Numbered from the stretch's first letter, positions 9,113-18,345 are shown. The stretch: 30,097 bases of DNA from an uncultured Eubacteriales bacterium (GCA_902495025.1 CABUWB010000001.1:1-30097), one strand, 5' to 3'. Numbers and translations are program-made. Notes: generated from the sequence alone by a model not told the origin.

Positions 9113-10091
9113 ACCGTTTTTATTAAAGCCTGCCTTAAAGGAAAGAATATGGGGCGGAAGCAGATTAAAGGACGATTTTGGAAAAAATGCTGATTTTGAA
9201 AACCTTGGAGAAACATGGGAGTGTTCAACACACCCTGACGGTCCGAGTCTGATTGTATCGGGTGAGTATAGCGGTAAATATCTTGATGAGGTACTGAAAC
9301 AGCATCCAGAATATCTTGGTACACATCCCAGGCTTGAGGGTGAGCTGCCCATATTAATTAAGCTTATTGATGCCAAAAGCGACTTATCTGTTCAGGTGCA
9401 TCCCGATGATGAATATGCCATGAAAAATGAGAATGGTTCTCTTGGTAAAACAGAAATGTGGTATGTACTTGACGCTGCAAAAAATTCTGAGCTGGTATAT
9501 GGCTTGCGCAGAGATATTGATAGTAAAAAATTACGCAAAAGTATTCATGACGGTACAATAGAAAAGCACCTTCAAAGGGTTAAAATTAATAGTGATGATG
9601 TTTTTTATATCGAGGCAGGTACAATACACGCAATTGGTGCAGGTGCGCTTATTGCTGAGATACAGGAAAGCTCAAATCTTACTTATCGTTTATACGATTA
9701 CAACCGCCTTGATAAAAATGGCAAGCCGAGAGAGCTGCATATTGACAAGGCACTTGACGTGGCAAACCTTCATGAAAGTCCCGAGCCGGGTCAGCCGTTA
9801 AGAGTGTTAAAGTACAGACCGGGGTGTGCATCGGAGCTGCTGTGCAGGTGCAAGTATTTTCAGGTGGAAAGATGGCTTATAAATACGGAGCGATGCAGGG
9901 ATATGGTTGATTTCTCTACAGGAAGCAATAGTTTTAATGTATTGCTGTGTACAAATGGCTGCGGTGCTTTGTTTGAAACTAAGAGTGGTGATACAATCAG
10001 ATTTTTCAGAGGTGATTGTATTTTTATACCTGCAAATTCTGTTGAACTTAAGATACATGGCAGGGCAAAATTTTTGAGAGTGAGCTGCTAA
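9081..10091 (+). CDS. manA: Mannose-6-phosphate isomerase, type I
   Basis: ERIWGG, GETWE, LIKLIDA..DLSVQVHP, GKTEMWY, GTIHAIG, EIQESSNLTYRLYD, RELH; ATG 9081 with AAGGAG at 9065-9070, overlapping the manC end. Confidence 0.93.
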   Translation: MTKRNLSLRTKPFLLKPALKERIWGGSRLKDDFGKNADFENLGETWECSTHPDGPSLIVSGEYSGKYLDEVLKQHPEYLGTHPRLEGELPILIKLIDAKSDLSVQVHPDDEYAMKNENGSLGKTEMWYVLDAAKNSELVYGLRRDIDSKKLRKSIHDGTIEKHLQRVKINSDDVFYIEAGTIHAIGAGALIAEIQESSNLTYRLYDYNRLDKNGKPRELHIDKALDVANLHESPEPGQPLRVLKYRPGCASELLCRCKYFQVERWLINTERCRDMVDFSTGSNSFNVLLCTNGCGALFETKSGDTIRFFRGDCIFIPANSVELKIHGRAKFLRVSC

Positions 10092-10093
10092 AA

Positions 10094-10639
10094 ATGACTG
10101 TAAATGAATTGTCTGTTCCCGAAGTCAAGGTGATTATTCCTGATGTTTTTGGAGATAATAGAGGTTATCTGACAGTCCCTTTTTCACAGAGGGATTATGA
10201 AAAACTTGGTATTTATTTTCAGCTTAGACAGATAAATCAGGGTTTTAGTAACAAAATACACACAATAAGAGGATTGCATTATCAGCAGGGAGAGTTTGCA
10301 CAGGCAAAGCTTGTATCTGCTTGCAACGGTGCAATATTATCTGTTGCGGTTGATATAAGAAGGAATAGTCCATATTTTGGTAAATGGTGCGGAGAAATAT
10401 TAAGCGCCGATAATAGAAAAATTATGTATATACCAAGAGGCTTTGCGCATGGCTATCTAACCTTGGATGAAAATGTGCTTATGCAGTACTGTGTCGATAA
10501 TGATTTTTGTGCAGATGCGACAAGGTCTGTAAGATTTGATGACAGCGATATTGGTGTTAAATGGATTTTTGAGCCTGATATATCTACGCTTTCTGCAAAA
10601 GATGCTGGTGCAGCACGTTTGGAGGACGTTTATGAGTAA
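10094..10639 (+). CDS. rmlC: dTDP-4-dehydrorhamnose 3,5-epimerase family (RmlC-like)
   Basis: FGDNRGY, IRGLHYQ, QAKLV, VAVDIR..SP.FGKW, IPRGFAHGY, LS.KD. Confidence 0.88.
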   Translation: MTVNELSVPEVKVIIPDVFGDNRGYLTVPFSQRDYEKLGIYFQLRQINQGFSNKIHTIRGLHYQQGEFAQAKLVSACNGAILSVAVDIRRNSPYFGKWCGEILSADNRKIMYIPRGFAHGYLTLDENVLMQYCVDNDFCADATRSVRFDDSDIGVKWIFEPDISTLSAKDAGAARLEDVYE

Positions 10640-11711
10640 GAATATTGCTTTTTATATTTCTGACCATGGATTTGGGCATATTATGAGAAATTTGCCTGTA
10701 ATTGCGCATATTCTTGAAACAACCAATGCAGGTGTTGTGCTTGTAACTGGTGAAAGGCAGACAAATATTGCAGGGGAATATATTGAAAGATATTGTACTG
10801 GTAATAAAGGAAATATCGTGTATGAGAGCTGCAATACCGATTTCGGTATCGTGGTAAAGCAAGGGACGCTGACTGCAGATGTGCCTGCTATGGAAAGAGG
10901 TCTGAAAGCCTATATTGATAGCTTTGAAAAACGTATTAAAGCAGCCCATAGTCTGTTTAAAAGGTACAATATTGACTGCGTCGTATGTGACATTGTGCCA
11001 TGGGCGCTAAAGGCAGCAAAACTGGCTGATATTCCGTCTGTGCTTATGGCAAGCTTTACATGGATAGAGATATACGAGGAGCTTGTTGCAGAGGAATATA
11101 TCAAGCCGTTCAGGGAGTGCTTTGATTGTGCGGATAAGGTTCTGCTCTATGAGCTTGCTAATGAACCTACTGTAAAGAGGTTTGAAAACGGTATAAGGGT
11201 TGGCTTTGCTGCAAGACCGTTTCATGAGGATAAGGTTGACAAAATCAGAGCTAAATTGACAAGCGGAAATAAACCGGTTGTTTTTGTGTCTGTTGGCGGC
11301 AGTAATTCAGGACTAAAAGACGAAATTGATGTAAGTAATTTGCCATATACCTTTGCTGTTACACAGGGGCTGAAATTCAAGGGAGATAATGTTTATTATA
11401 TTGCTCCTGATGTTGATAATTCACAGGATTATGTTGCAGCAAGTGATATGTGTATTATTAAGGCTGGATGGTCAACAGTGGCAGAGGTTGCTCTTGCGGG
11501 AAAGCCTATGGCACTGCTTAGCCGACCCGATGTGGCTGAGGATAGAATGACTATTGATATGCTGACAAAAAGGGGTATGGCTGTTGAGGTTGGTGTGCAT
11601 GAATTAGAAAATATGCATGTAGTTCTGGATAAGATTAAAATGGCAGAAATTGTTATACCTGAATTTGCTAATGATTTTGAAAAAATAGCTGATGAAATAA
11701 TAAATAGCTGA
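10632..11711 (+). CDS. GT-B fold glycosyltransferase (GT1/GT28-like)
   Basis: FYISDHGFGHIMR N-terminal motif, VFVSVGGS, IIKAGWSTVAE; ATG 10632 after GGAGG, 8-nt overlap with rmlC. Confidence 0.8.
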   Translation: MSKNIAFYISDHGFGHIMRNLPVIAHILETTNAGVVLVTGERQTNIAGEYIERYCTGNKGNIVYESCNTDFGIVVKQGTLTADVPAMERGLKAYIDSFEKRIKAAHSLFKRYNIDCVVCDIVPWALKAAKLADIPSVLMASFTWIEIYEELVAEEYIKPFRECFDCADKVLLYELANEPTVKRFENGIRVGFAARPFHEDKVDKIRAKLTSGNKPVVFVSVGGSNSGLKDEIDVSNLPYTFAVTQGLKFKGDNVYYIAPDVDNSQDYVAASDMCIIKAGWSTVAEVALAGKPMALLSRPDVAEDRMTIDMLTKRGMAVEVGVHELENMHVVLDKIKMAEIVIPEFANDFEKIADEIINS

Positions 11712-11726
11712 TGTTTAAAGATAATA

Positions 11727-11773
11727 AAAAACCATATCACTAGAGTATTGACAGTGGTATGGTTTTTGTTTTT
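11727..11773. terminator. Bidirectional intrinsic terminator
   Basis: AAAAACCATATCACT...AGTGGTATGGTTTTT between convergent genes, with A- and T-tracts on the two sides. Confidence 0.8.
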
Positions 11774-12950
11774 AATCCTGATAAAATCCCAGTTTTTTTA
11801 GCATTTCGTATTCTTTTTCAATTTGTTTATTACCTGTAACAACGGATTTTTTTAAATATTGGTTTATTCGCTCGGGGTGGTCTTTATAGGATTTAAACCA
11901 GCGATACACCCATGCAACGGGCAGAAGAACAGCGGGTTTATTTCTAAACCACAAAACTTTCGCACGCATTTGATGGATATTGGGAAATGCACGTGAAAGT
12001 AAAAATTTTAATTTATTTTTTTCTTTAATACTATCACGCACTGTTTTATTATCTTCTCTATTTGCATCAAAACCAAAAACACCGCCTACTAGAATATGTT
12101 CAGATATAAATTCATATAAGTCGTTATCAATGTTATAATCTTCACATTTCACATCAAACCATTCATTACACAGATAAAAGATAACATGAGCCAATTCTGT
12201 CAACTTAAAACTATCAAATTGTTCCAAAACATTATTTACATCAAATTCAGAGTGTTTTATGGCAAGAGCAACATCAAGTATTTGTCTTACACCGCAGCCT
12301 GAGCTAAAGAGGTGGTGAGCGATGTGTAGTATAAGATAAACAAGGTGGCATTCATCTGTAAGCTCTTGAATACACTCATCAGGATTTTTAACACAGTTAA
12401 AAATATACTGCATTTCCTTTTTATAATCGACGCCTGTGCCAAAATCGGCAGAGGTCAAATCTTCATGCAATTCAATATACATATGGTTTCGTTCAAACTT
12501 ATATTCATCAACGCTGCTTTCGCAAATGGAAAAACCCAGTTTTTCCATAACCTTATGCGCCTGTGGCATATTATCCTTATGCACAACCAAATCTATATCG
12601 CCCATTGTTCTTAAATCGGGGTCGGGATAATATTTTTTCACAACAGGTCCCTTTACGGCAATATTTTTGATGCCTTCAGCTGCCAAGGCTTCGGAAACCT
12701 CTTTATACAGCCTGTCCCATGTGACGGATTGTGATACTGCTGCCATCATATATCCGTCAAATTTTTGGGATAATTCGGCATGCATAGGAAATTTATTTTT
12801 TCTGTTCATTGCGGCAACGATGCCAGCCACACTATGTATTTTTGCAAGCTCAAATAAGCCGTTAAAATCGGTATTTTCGGGCAGTGAAATCGGCTCGTTA
12901 TGGATATATGCACGCAATATTTTAATAAAAGTATTTTGTATTTCTGTCAT
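11772..12950 (-). CDS. Nucleotidyltransferase family protein (NTP_transf_5-like)
   Basis: KG...YPDPDLRTMGDIDLVV, IELH, LILHIAHH..GCGVRQILD; start MTEIQ at 12950 preceded by GGAG on the minus strand. Confidence 0.85.
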   Translation of the reverse strand: MTEIQNTFIKILRAYIHNEPISLPENTDFNGLFELAKIHSVAGIVAAMNRKNKFPMHAELSQKFDGYMMAAVSQSVTWDRLYKEVSEALAAEGIKNIAVKGPVVKKYYPDPDLRTMGDIDLVVHKDNMPQAHKVMEKLGFSICESSVDEYKFERNHMYIELHEDLTSADFGTGVDYKKEMQYIFNCVKNPDECIQELTDECHLVYLILHIAHHLFSSGCGVRQILDVALAIKHSEFDVNNVLEQFDSFKLTELAHVIFYLCNEWFDVKCEDYNIDNDLYEFISEHILVGGVFGFDANREDNKTVRDSIKEKNKLKFLLSRAFPNIHQMRAKVLWFRNKPAVLLPVAWVYRWFKSYKDHPERINQYLKKSVVTGNKQIEKEYEMLKKLGFYQD

Positions 12951-13077
12951 ATTGTACACTCCAAATAATTTTATAATTAAATTATATATAAATACAGCAT
13001 AACTGTCAATATAGTGAAATTTGAGATTATTACAGTATAGCATTATATGAAATACCTATCCGAACTAAATACCATAC

Positions 13078-13135
13078 TTGACATAAATTATCTTGGAGTG
13101 CATAATAATTAGAAATCTAACAATTAGAAAACTAA
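13078..13135 (+). promoter_or_regulatory. Sigma-A promoter with tandem palindromic MarR operator
   Basis: TTGACA(13078)-17bp-CATAAT(13101), followed by TTAG-AAAT-CTAA (13109-13120) and TTAG-AAAA-CTAA (13124-13135). Confidence 0.7.
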
Positions 13136-13157
13136 TAATAGAAACGCGGGGAATATT

Positions 13158-13595
13158 ATGAAAGAGACACTTCATTATTTACTTATGTCTAACCATATGG
13201 TCTTTCAAAAAGCATTGCTTGCGGGTATCAGGGATACAGGGCTGACACCGGGGCAGCCTAAGGTACTTGATTATCTTAAAAATCATGACGGAGCATTTCA
13301 AAAGGAAATAGCGGCTGCCTGCCACATTGAGCCTGCGACTCTGACCTCGGTATTGCTTGGCATGGAAAGCAAGCAGCTCATTACCCGAAAAACGCTAAAC
13401 GGTAACCGCCGCAGTTTATATGTATATCTGACAGACAAGGGCAGAGAGCTTGCAAAGCTTATAGAAACGGAATTTGATACAATAGAAAAGGCAGCTCTTA
13501 CTGGGTTTTCGGACAAGGAAAAGGAGTTGCTGAACGATTTTCTTACCAGGATAAATGACAATATAAACAAAAAAGGAGCTGCATCTGATGAGTAA
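13158..13595 (+). CDS. MarR family transcriptional regulator
   Basis: GLTPGQPKVL, QKEIA, ATLT.VL..ME...LITR, NRRSLYVYLTDKG winged HTH. Confidence 0.95.
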   Translation: MKETLHYLLMSNHMVFQKALLAGIRDTGLTPGQPKVLDYLKNHDGAFQKEIAAACHIEPATLTSVLLGMESKQLITRKTLNGNRRSLYVYLTDKGRELAKLIETEFDTIEKAALTGFSDKEKELLNDFLTRINDNINKKGAASDE

Positions 13596-14253
13596 AACGG
13601 AAATTACAAAGCGATACATATTATTTATAATAAGTCTTTTCTTTTCTGCTGTGGGAGTGGCATTCACAAAGCATGGCGAGCTAGGAGTGTCGCCTATTTC
13701 TTCGGTTGCAAATGTTATGAGCTGCAGATTTGATTCGCTTTCGCTGGGAACGTGGCTGATAATATGGAACTGTATTCTTATAATTGGACAGATAGCTTTA
13801 CTTGACAAAAAATTTCAGCCGATACAGCTTTTACAGATACCGCTGTCATTTCTTTTTGGTTGGTTTACGGATTTCGGAATGTGGATGGTGTCATTTATTC
13901 CTGTAAATAACTATGCAGTCCGTATTTTAATGATTATTGCAGGTGTTGCAATACTTGGCTTTGGAATTTCGCTTTCCGTTGTGGCAAATGTTATTATGAA
14001 TTCGGGTGAAGCGTTTGTAAAAGCTGTTTCGGACAAGTTGGATAAGGAATTTGGAAATGTAAAAATAGGATTTGATATTTCATGTGTTATGCTTGCATTG
14101 GTTTTATCAATGATATTTTTTGATTTTTCAATTGTAGGAACACGAGAGGGTACTGTTATTTCGGCATTACTAACGGGTGTTTTTGTAAAGTTTTTCAACG
14201 GCAGACTGAACTGTCCGCTTAATATGTTTTTTAAATGTGGAGAAACGGCATAG
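13588..14253 (+). CDS. YczE/YyaS/YitT-like membrane protein
   Basis: Multi-TM; LGVSPISS, KIGFD, GTREGTVISA motifs; overlaps the marR stop. Confidence 0.8.
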   Translation: MSKTEITKRYILFIISLFFSAVGVAFTKHGELGVSPISSVANVMSCRFDSLSLGTWLIIWNCILIIGQIALLDKKFQPIQLLQIPLSFLFGWFTDFGMWMVSFIPVNNYAVRILMIIAGVAILGFGISLSVVANVIMNSGEAFVKAVSDKLDKEFGNVKIGFDISCVMLALVLSMIFFDFSIVGTREGTVISALLTGVFVKFFNGRLNCPLNMFFKCGETA

Positions 14254-14397
14254 CCTGTTTAATATGTCAAAGGATGAAAATTTAGCTGAGCTGTCAGCTC
14301 ATAGCCATTCGAATAGCTCGTTAAATCAATACAAGTTTGTTATTTTGCTCTATCTGTCCGACAATGTGGTTAATGTTAGTCAAATATATGGAGTGAT

Positions 14398-14426
14398 TAG
14401 ACAGACAGTAATAGATATGTTATAAT
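14398..14426 (+). promoter_or_regulatory. Sigma-A promoter of the SWIM gene
   Basis: TAGACA-17bp-TATAAT with TGn extension. Confidence 0.6.
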
Positions 14427-14479
14427 TAAATTGCCAACTGTATAAGATTTTGTGTATTAATATTGAAAGGGAGATAACT

Positions 14480-16117
14480 GTGGATTGGAAAGAATTATTT
14501 GATAAATGTATTTTAGAAAGAGGCTTTGATTATTACATAGAAGGAGCAGTTGATAATATTGATATATCCGAAGATATAATATGCGCTGAGGTTGAGGGTA
14601 CAGAGCCTTATCAAGTTGAAATAAACATGGAAAAGGGTGAAATTACGGATATGTACTGTTCGTGTCATTATGCTGAGGATGGTCAAAATTGTAAGCATAT
14701 GGCAGCTGTTTTGTATGAATATGAGAATAGGTGGAATACAGATAAAGATGACAAGGATACTTCCGAAACTGCAGCGACATTGGTAAGTGGTGCAGATGAG
14801 GGTGTTGTCAGAGCATTTCTTGCTGAAATACTTGAAAAAGATGCCAGGCTTTATATAAAATTTAAGAATATGGTTTCTCCACAAATAAGTGTAGCTGATA
14901 TAAAAAGTTTAAAAAATCAGATAGACGGTATGCTGTTCAGCTACGCTGACAAATATGGAACTATAGACTATAATTCGGCATGGGATTTTTGCAATGAGCT
15001 TGCGGAGTTTACTGATGATAATGTTCAAATACTTATAGACAGAGGTTATCTGGAAGAAGCTTTTGATTTAATTGTATACATATATAATGTTTTTAGCAGG
15101 ACAGATATAGATGACTCTGATGGAGGCTTATGTATGGTGTCAAATTCGTGCTGTGACAAATTGGAAAAAATAATATCCAAGGCTGGTGTTGAAATGAAAA
15201 CAAAGCTTTACGGCTATATCAAGGAGTGTATTGATAAAGAATTTATGTATTTCTTTGTGGATGATATTGAGGAGCTTTTATTTAATAAATTTAATGAAGA
15301 TGAATTTGTTAATGCAAACCTTGAGCTTACGGATAAAAAATTAATAGCAGCGGAGGAAATTACCGATTGTTGGAACAAACACTACAAAGCGAACCGATGG
15401 TTTAAAAGACATATTGAGCTGATGGATAAGCATGGTACAGGACTTGATGAAAAGCTTGAATATTGCAAAGCGCATTGGTATCTGAGCGAGGCGAGAAAGT
15501 TTTGCATCGAAACGTATTACAGTCGAAAAGACTATGATAAGACTATTGAGATATTAAAGGAAAGTATTGAACTGGATAAAGATTTTTACGGTACCGTGTC
15601 TGAGTACAGATGCAGGCTGAAGGATGTATATAAGGAGGCAGGCTATACCGAAAAATATATTGAGCTGCTTTGGGAGCTTGTGATTGGCAAGAAGAATTTC
15701 GAATTATATAAGGAACTGAAAGAACTGTATTCGTCAGAGGAGTGGTTAGAAAAACGTGAGATTTTATTTGACGGGGTTTCGGGCAGCTCTTTTGTGGCAG
15801 AATTATATAATGAAGAAAATTTGTATGACAGGCTTCTGGATTTTGTTTTGAATTCAGAAGGTTTATATGAAACAAATACGTATGCAAATGTGTTGTCTAA
15901 GCTATATCCCGATGAAATTTTGAGAAAATACCGAATAGAAATTGAAAAAATAGCAGTAAATACGGCTGACAGAAAGCGTTATCGGGATTGGGTCGGTATA
16001 CTTCGCCGTATGAAAAAAATAAAGGGTGGTGATGCGTTGGTTGATGAAATTGTCAGAGGGTGGAAGAAAGTTTATGCAAGAAGAAAAGCCATGATGGATG
16101 AACTTAGCAGGCTTTGA
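14480..16117 (+). CDS. SWIM zinc-finger domain protein
   Basis: ILERG..YY..G.V, AEVEGTEPYQV, CSCH...NCKH (CxC..CxH); helical C-terminus; GTG start after AAAGGGAG. Confidence 0.85.
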   Translation: MDWKELFDKCILERGFDYYIEGAVDNIDISEDIICAEVEGTEPYQVEINMEKGEITDMYCSCHYAEDGQNCKHMAAVLYEYENRWNTDKDDKDTSETAATLVSGADEGVVRAFLAEILEKDARLYIKFKNMVSPQISVADIKSLKNQIDGMLFSYADKYGTIDYNSAWDFCNELAEFTDDNVQILIDRGYLEEAFDLIVYIYNVFSRTDIDDSDGGLCMVSNSCCDKLEKIISKAGVEMKTKLYGYIKECIDKEFMYFFVDDIEELLFNKFNEDEFVNANLELTDKKLIAAEEITDCWNKHYKANRWFKRHIELMDKHGTGLDEKLEYCKAHWYLSEARKFCIETYYSRKDYDKTIEILKESIELDKDFYGTVSEYRCRLKDVYKEAGYTEKYIELLWELVIGKKNFELYKELKELYSSEEWLEKREILFDGVSGSSFVAELYNEENLYDRLLDFVLNSEGLYETNTYANVLSKLYPDEILRKYRIEIEKIAVNTADRKRYRDWVGILRRMKKIKGGDALVDEIVRGWKKVYARRKAMMDELSRL

Positions 16118-16219
16118 AATCTAGGAAAAACGAACATTTTATTAGAGCAATAGAAGTGATGTGGGATGCAGGATACAGCATAGTTTGATGGCACGAATTA
16201 CAATATGGACAAAGATAAG

Positions 16220-16260
16220 AGCAGTAATCGTTATTGTATAATTGATTACTGCTTATTTTC
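16220..16260 (+). terminator. Probable intrinsic terminator
   Basis: AGCAGTAATC...GATTACTGCT 10-bp stem followed by TATTTTC. Confidence 0.5.
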
Positions 16261-16325
16261 TATAATATTTATATGGTTTTTTATTACATAAAAAAGTGCA
16301 AATGCACAAAAAATAGTAATGGCTA

Positions 16326-16354
16326 TTGAAATAAAATTGATTTGATGGTAAAAT
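16326..16354 (+). promoter_or_regulatory. Sigma-A promoter of the AAA ATPase
   Basis: TTGAAA-17bp-TAAAAT with TGn extension. Confidence 0.6.
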
Positions 16355-16400
16355 AATATTACCAAAATTCGTGCAATGCACAGAGATAGGGAGTGATACT

Positions 16401-17654
16401 GTGGAGATTAAAAGAAATGCATATATTGAACAGTTAAAGATAAGAAAAGATAATGGGATGATAAAGATTATCACAGGAATCAGGAGGTGTGGAAAATCAT
16501 TCCTGTTATTTGTATTGTTTAAGAAGTATTTATTGGAGAGCGGTGTAGATAATGATCATATCATTGAGATTGCTTTGGACGGTATTGAAAATGAAGAGCT
16601 GAGAGATCCGAAAAAGTGTTATCAGTATATCAAGGACGCAATGAAAGATGAACAAAAGTATTATTTGCTTTTGGATGAAGTGCAGTTTATGCCTCGATTT
16701 GAAGAAGTGCTGAACAGCTTGCTTCGTATTAGCAATATTGATGTATATGTGACCGGAAGTAACTCTAAATTTTTATCAAGTGATATTGTAACCGAATTTA
16801 GAGGCAGAGGAGATGAAATAAGAATATATCCTTTATCGTTTGTAGAGTTCTATAATGCTTATGATGGAGATTATGATGATGCTTGGAATGAGTATATGAT
16901 ATATGGTGGACTTCCGCAGGTAGCACAGTTTTCTACGGAAAGACAGAAAGCAGAATACTTAAAAAATATTTTTACAAATGTTTATATTAAGGATGTGGTA
17001 GAGAGAAATAAGATTCAGAATGTTGATGAAATTGGAACTTTGGTGGATATTCTTGCTTCTGCCATAGGAGCACCTACAAATCCAACCAAAATATCAAATA
17101 CTTTTAAAAGTGAACGGGGTATTAATTACAGTAATAAAACCATATCCAAACATATTGATTATTTGGCAGAAGCATTTTTAATTTCTAAAGCTGACAGATA
17201 TGATATTAAGGGTAGAAAATATGTGGGGGCAAATCTGAAATACTATTTTTCAGATGTGGGACTTAGAAATGCCAGATTGAATTTCAGACAGCAAGAACCT
17301 ACTCATATTATGGAGAATATTGTTTATAACGAATTGCTTGTGCGTGGTTACAATGTGGATGTTGGTATTGTGGGTGTATATGCAAAGAATAGTGAAGGAA
17401 AGAGAGTTCATAAGCAGTTGGAGGTTGATTTTGTAGTAAATCAAGGCAGTCAGAGGTATTACATTCAGGTGGCTTATGATATGATTTCTGAGGAAAAGCA
17501 GACACAGGAGCTTAATTCGTTAAGAAACATTCCGGATTCGTTTAAGAAGATTGTTATAGTAAATGGAACGAAAAAGCCGTGGAGAAATGATGAAGGATTT
17601 GTAATCATGGGCATGAAATATTTTCTTCTTAATGCAAATAGCTTGGAGTTTTAA
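16401..17654 (+). CDS. AAA+ ATPase (AAA_14 + DUF4143 type)
   Basis: Walker A GIRRCGKS, Walker B LLLDEVQ, VTGSNS, GGLP, KYYFSDVG, EN.VY.EL, EVDFV..YIQV; GTG start after AGGGAG. Confidence 0.92.
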   Translation: MEIKRNAYIEQLKIRKDNGMIKIITGIRRCGKSFLLFVLFKKYLLESGVDNDHIIEIALDGIENEELRDPKKCYQYIKDAMKDEQKYYLLLDEVQFMPRFEEVLNSLLRISNIDVYVTGSNSKFLSSDIVTEFRGRGDEIRIYPLSFVEFYNAYDGDYDDAWNEYMIYGGLPQVAQFSTERQKAEYLKNIFTNVYIKDVVERNKIQNVDEIGTLVDILASAIGAPTNPTKISNTFKSERGINYSNKTISKHIDYLAEAFLISKADRYDIKGRKYVGANLKYYFSDVGLRNARLNFRQQEPTHIMENIVYNELLVRGYNVDVGIVGVYAKNSEGKRVHKQLEVDFVVNQGSQRYYIQVAYDMISEEKQTQELNSLRNIPDSFKKIVIVNGTKKPWRNDEGFVIMGMKYFLLNANSLEF

Positions 17655-17721
17655 TGGGGGTAAACGGCATAGGTGGCTTTGGGTAATGTGTATATTATCT
17701 GCAAATCCGCTGTTTCAATGG

Positions 17722-18003
17722 CTTTACCCTATATGGGACGGGGATAGTCTTGACTGGAAGGAATACGGTGTGAATGATGAAATCAAGCGTGTGCTGGAAC
17801 ACAAGGCACTTGGAAATGGGTCAATCATACTTTTTCACAATGATGCGAAGTACACGCCTGATGCGCTTGACTCAATTTTGAAGGGGTTAAAGGAAAAGGG
17901 CTATGAGATTGTACCTATAAGTGAGCTTATATACAAGGACGATTATTACATGAACCATGAGGGGCGGCAGATACATAACGGCTCAGAAACGACAACGCAA
18001 TAA
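17722..18003 (+). pseudogene. C-terminal fragment of a polysaccharide deacetylase (NodB/CE4, PdaB-like)
   Basis: W..DSLDWK and GSIILFHN motifs plus LKEKGYEIVPISELI; the N-terminal TFDD, HxxxH and RPPY motifs are absent and there is no RBS/start. Confidence 0.8.
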
Positions 18004-18068
18004 ACAACAAATTATGTTAAAATAAAAAATAGTTTTAAACAAGGGCGTTACACCGTTTTGGTGCAGCG

Positions 18069-18143
18069 CCAGTTTACATTCCATGATTTTATCGAATTGG
18101 GATATTTATCTTTTCATTTTCCAGTCACTGCATCCATATTTGC
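18069..18143 (-). mobile_element. IS256-family transposase fragment with nonsense mutation
   Basis: Minus strand reads ANMDAVTGK*KDKYPNSIKSWNVNW, matching the W..KYP....SW..NW segment of IS256 transposases; the first Trp position is TGA. Confidence 0.65.
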
Positions 18144-18144
18144 A

Positions 18145-18225
18145 TGTACAATAATAGTAATCGAGCACGATATGGATTTTGTAAAGCAGACGGATGATAC
18201 GATAACGGTGCTGCATGAGGGCAGC
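18145..18225 (+). pseudogene. Fragment of an ABC transporter ATPase (LivG/UrtD-like H-loop region)
   Basis: CTIIVIEHDMDFVKQTDDTITVLHEGS. Confidence 0.7.
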
Positions 18226-18345
18226 GGTGTATGTCTTGCCATTGTGGACAAAATTATGAAACGCCATGGCGGCAGGGTGGAGGCGTTTGGCGAGGTGGAT
18301 AACGGGGCGCAGTTCAAGCTGTTTTTTCAGAATAAGCTGACATAA
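18217..18345 (+). pseudogene. C-terminal fragment of a sensor histidine kinase (HATPase_c G2 box)
   Basis: EGSGVCLAIVDKIMKRHGGRVEAFGEVDNGAQFKLFF*. Confidence 0.75.

Noticed and set aside
8684..9376. 230-aa minus-strand ORF and other short ORFs overlapping gmd/fcl/manC/manA
   Set aside because: Antisense or alternate-frame to well-supported genes; no motifs or RBS.
11772..13043. Lasso peptide cluster suggested by the nucleotidyltransferase
   Set aside because: No precursor, cyclase, RRE/PqqD or B2 protease in the window.
14237..14425. 62-aa ORF and TGAGCTG-T-CAGCTCA palindrome (14287-14301)
   Set aside because: The ORF has no RBS or motif and overlaps the next promoter; a single palindrome with no U-tract or context is not interpretable.
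17632..18003. 123-aa ORF as an intact gene
   Set aside because: Only the part from about 17722 resembles a deacetylase; catalytic N-terminal motifs and an RBS are missing.
18058..18345. 95-aa ORF as a real protein
   Set aside because: Patchwork of an antisense transposase piece, an ABC ATPase piece and a kinase piece; no RBS.
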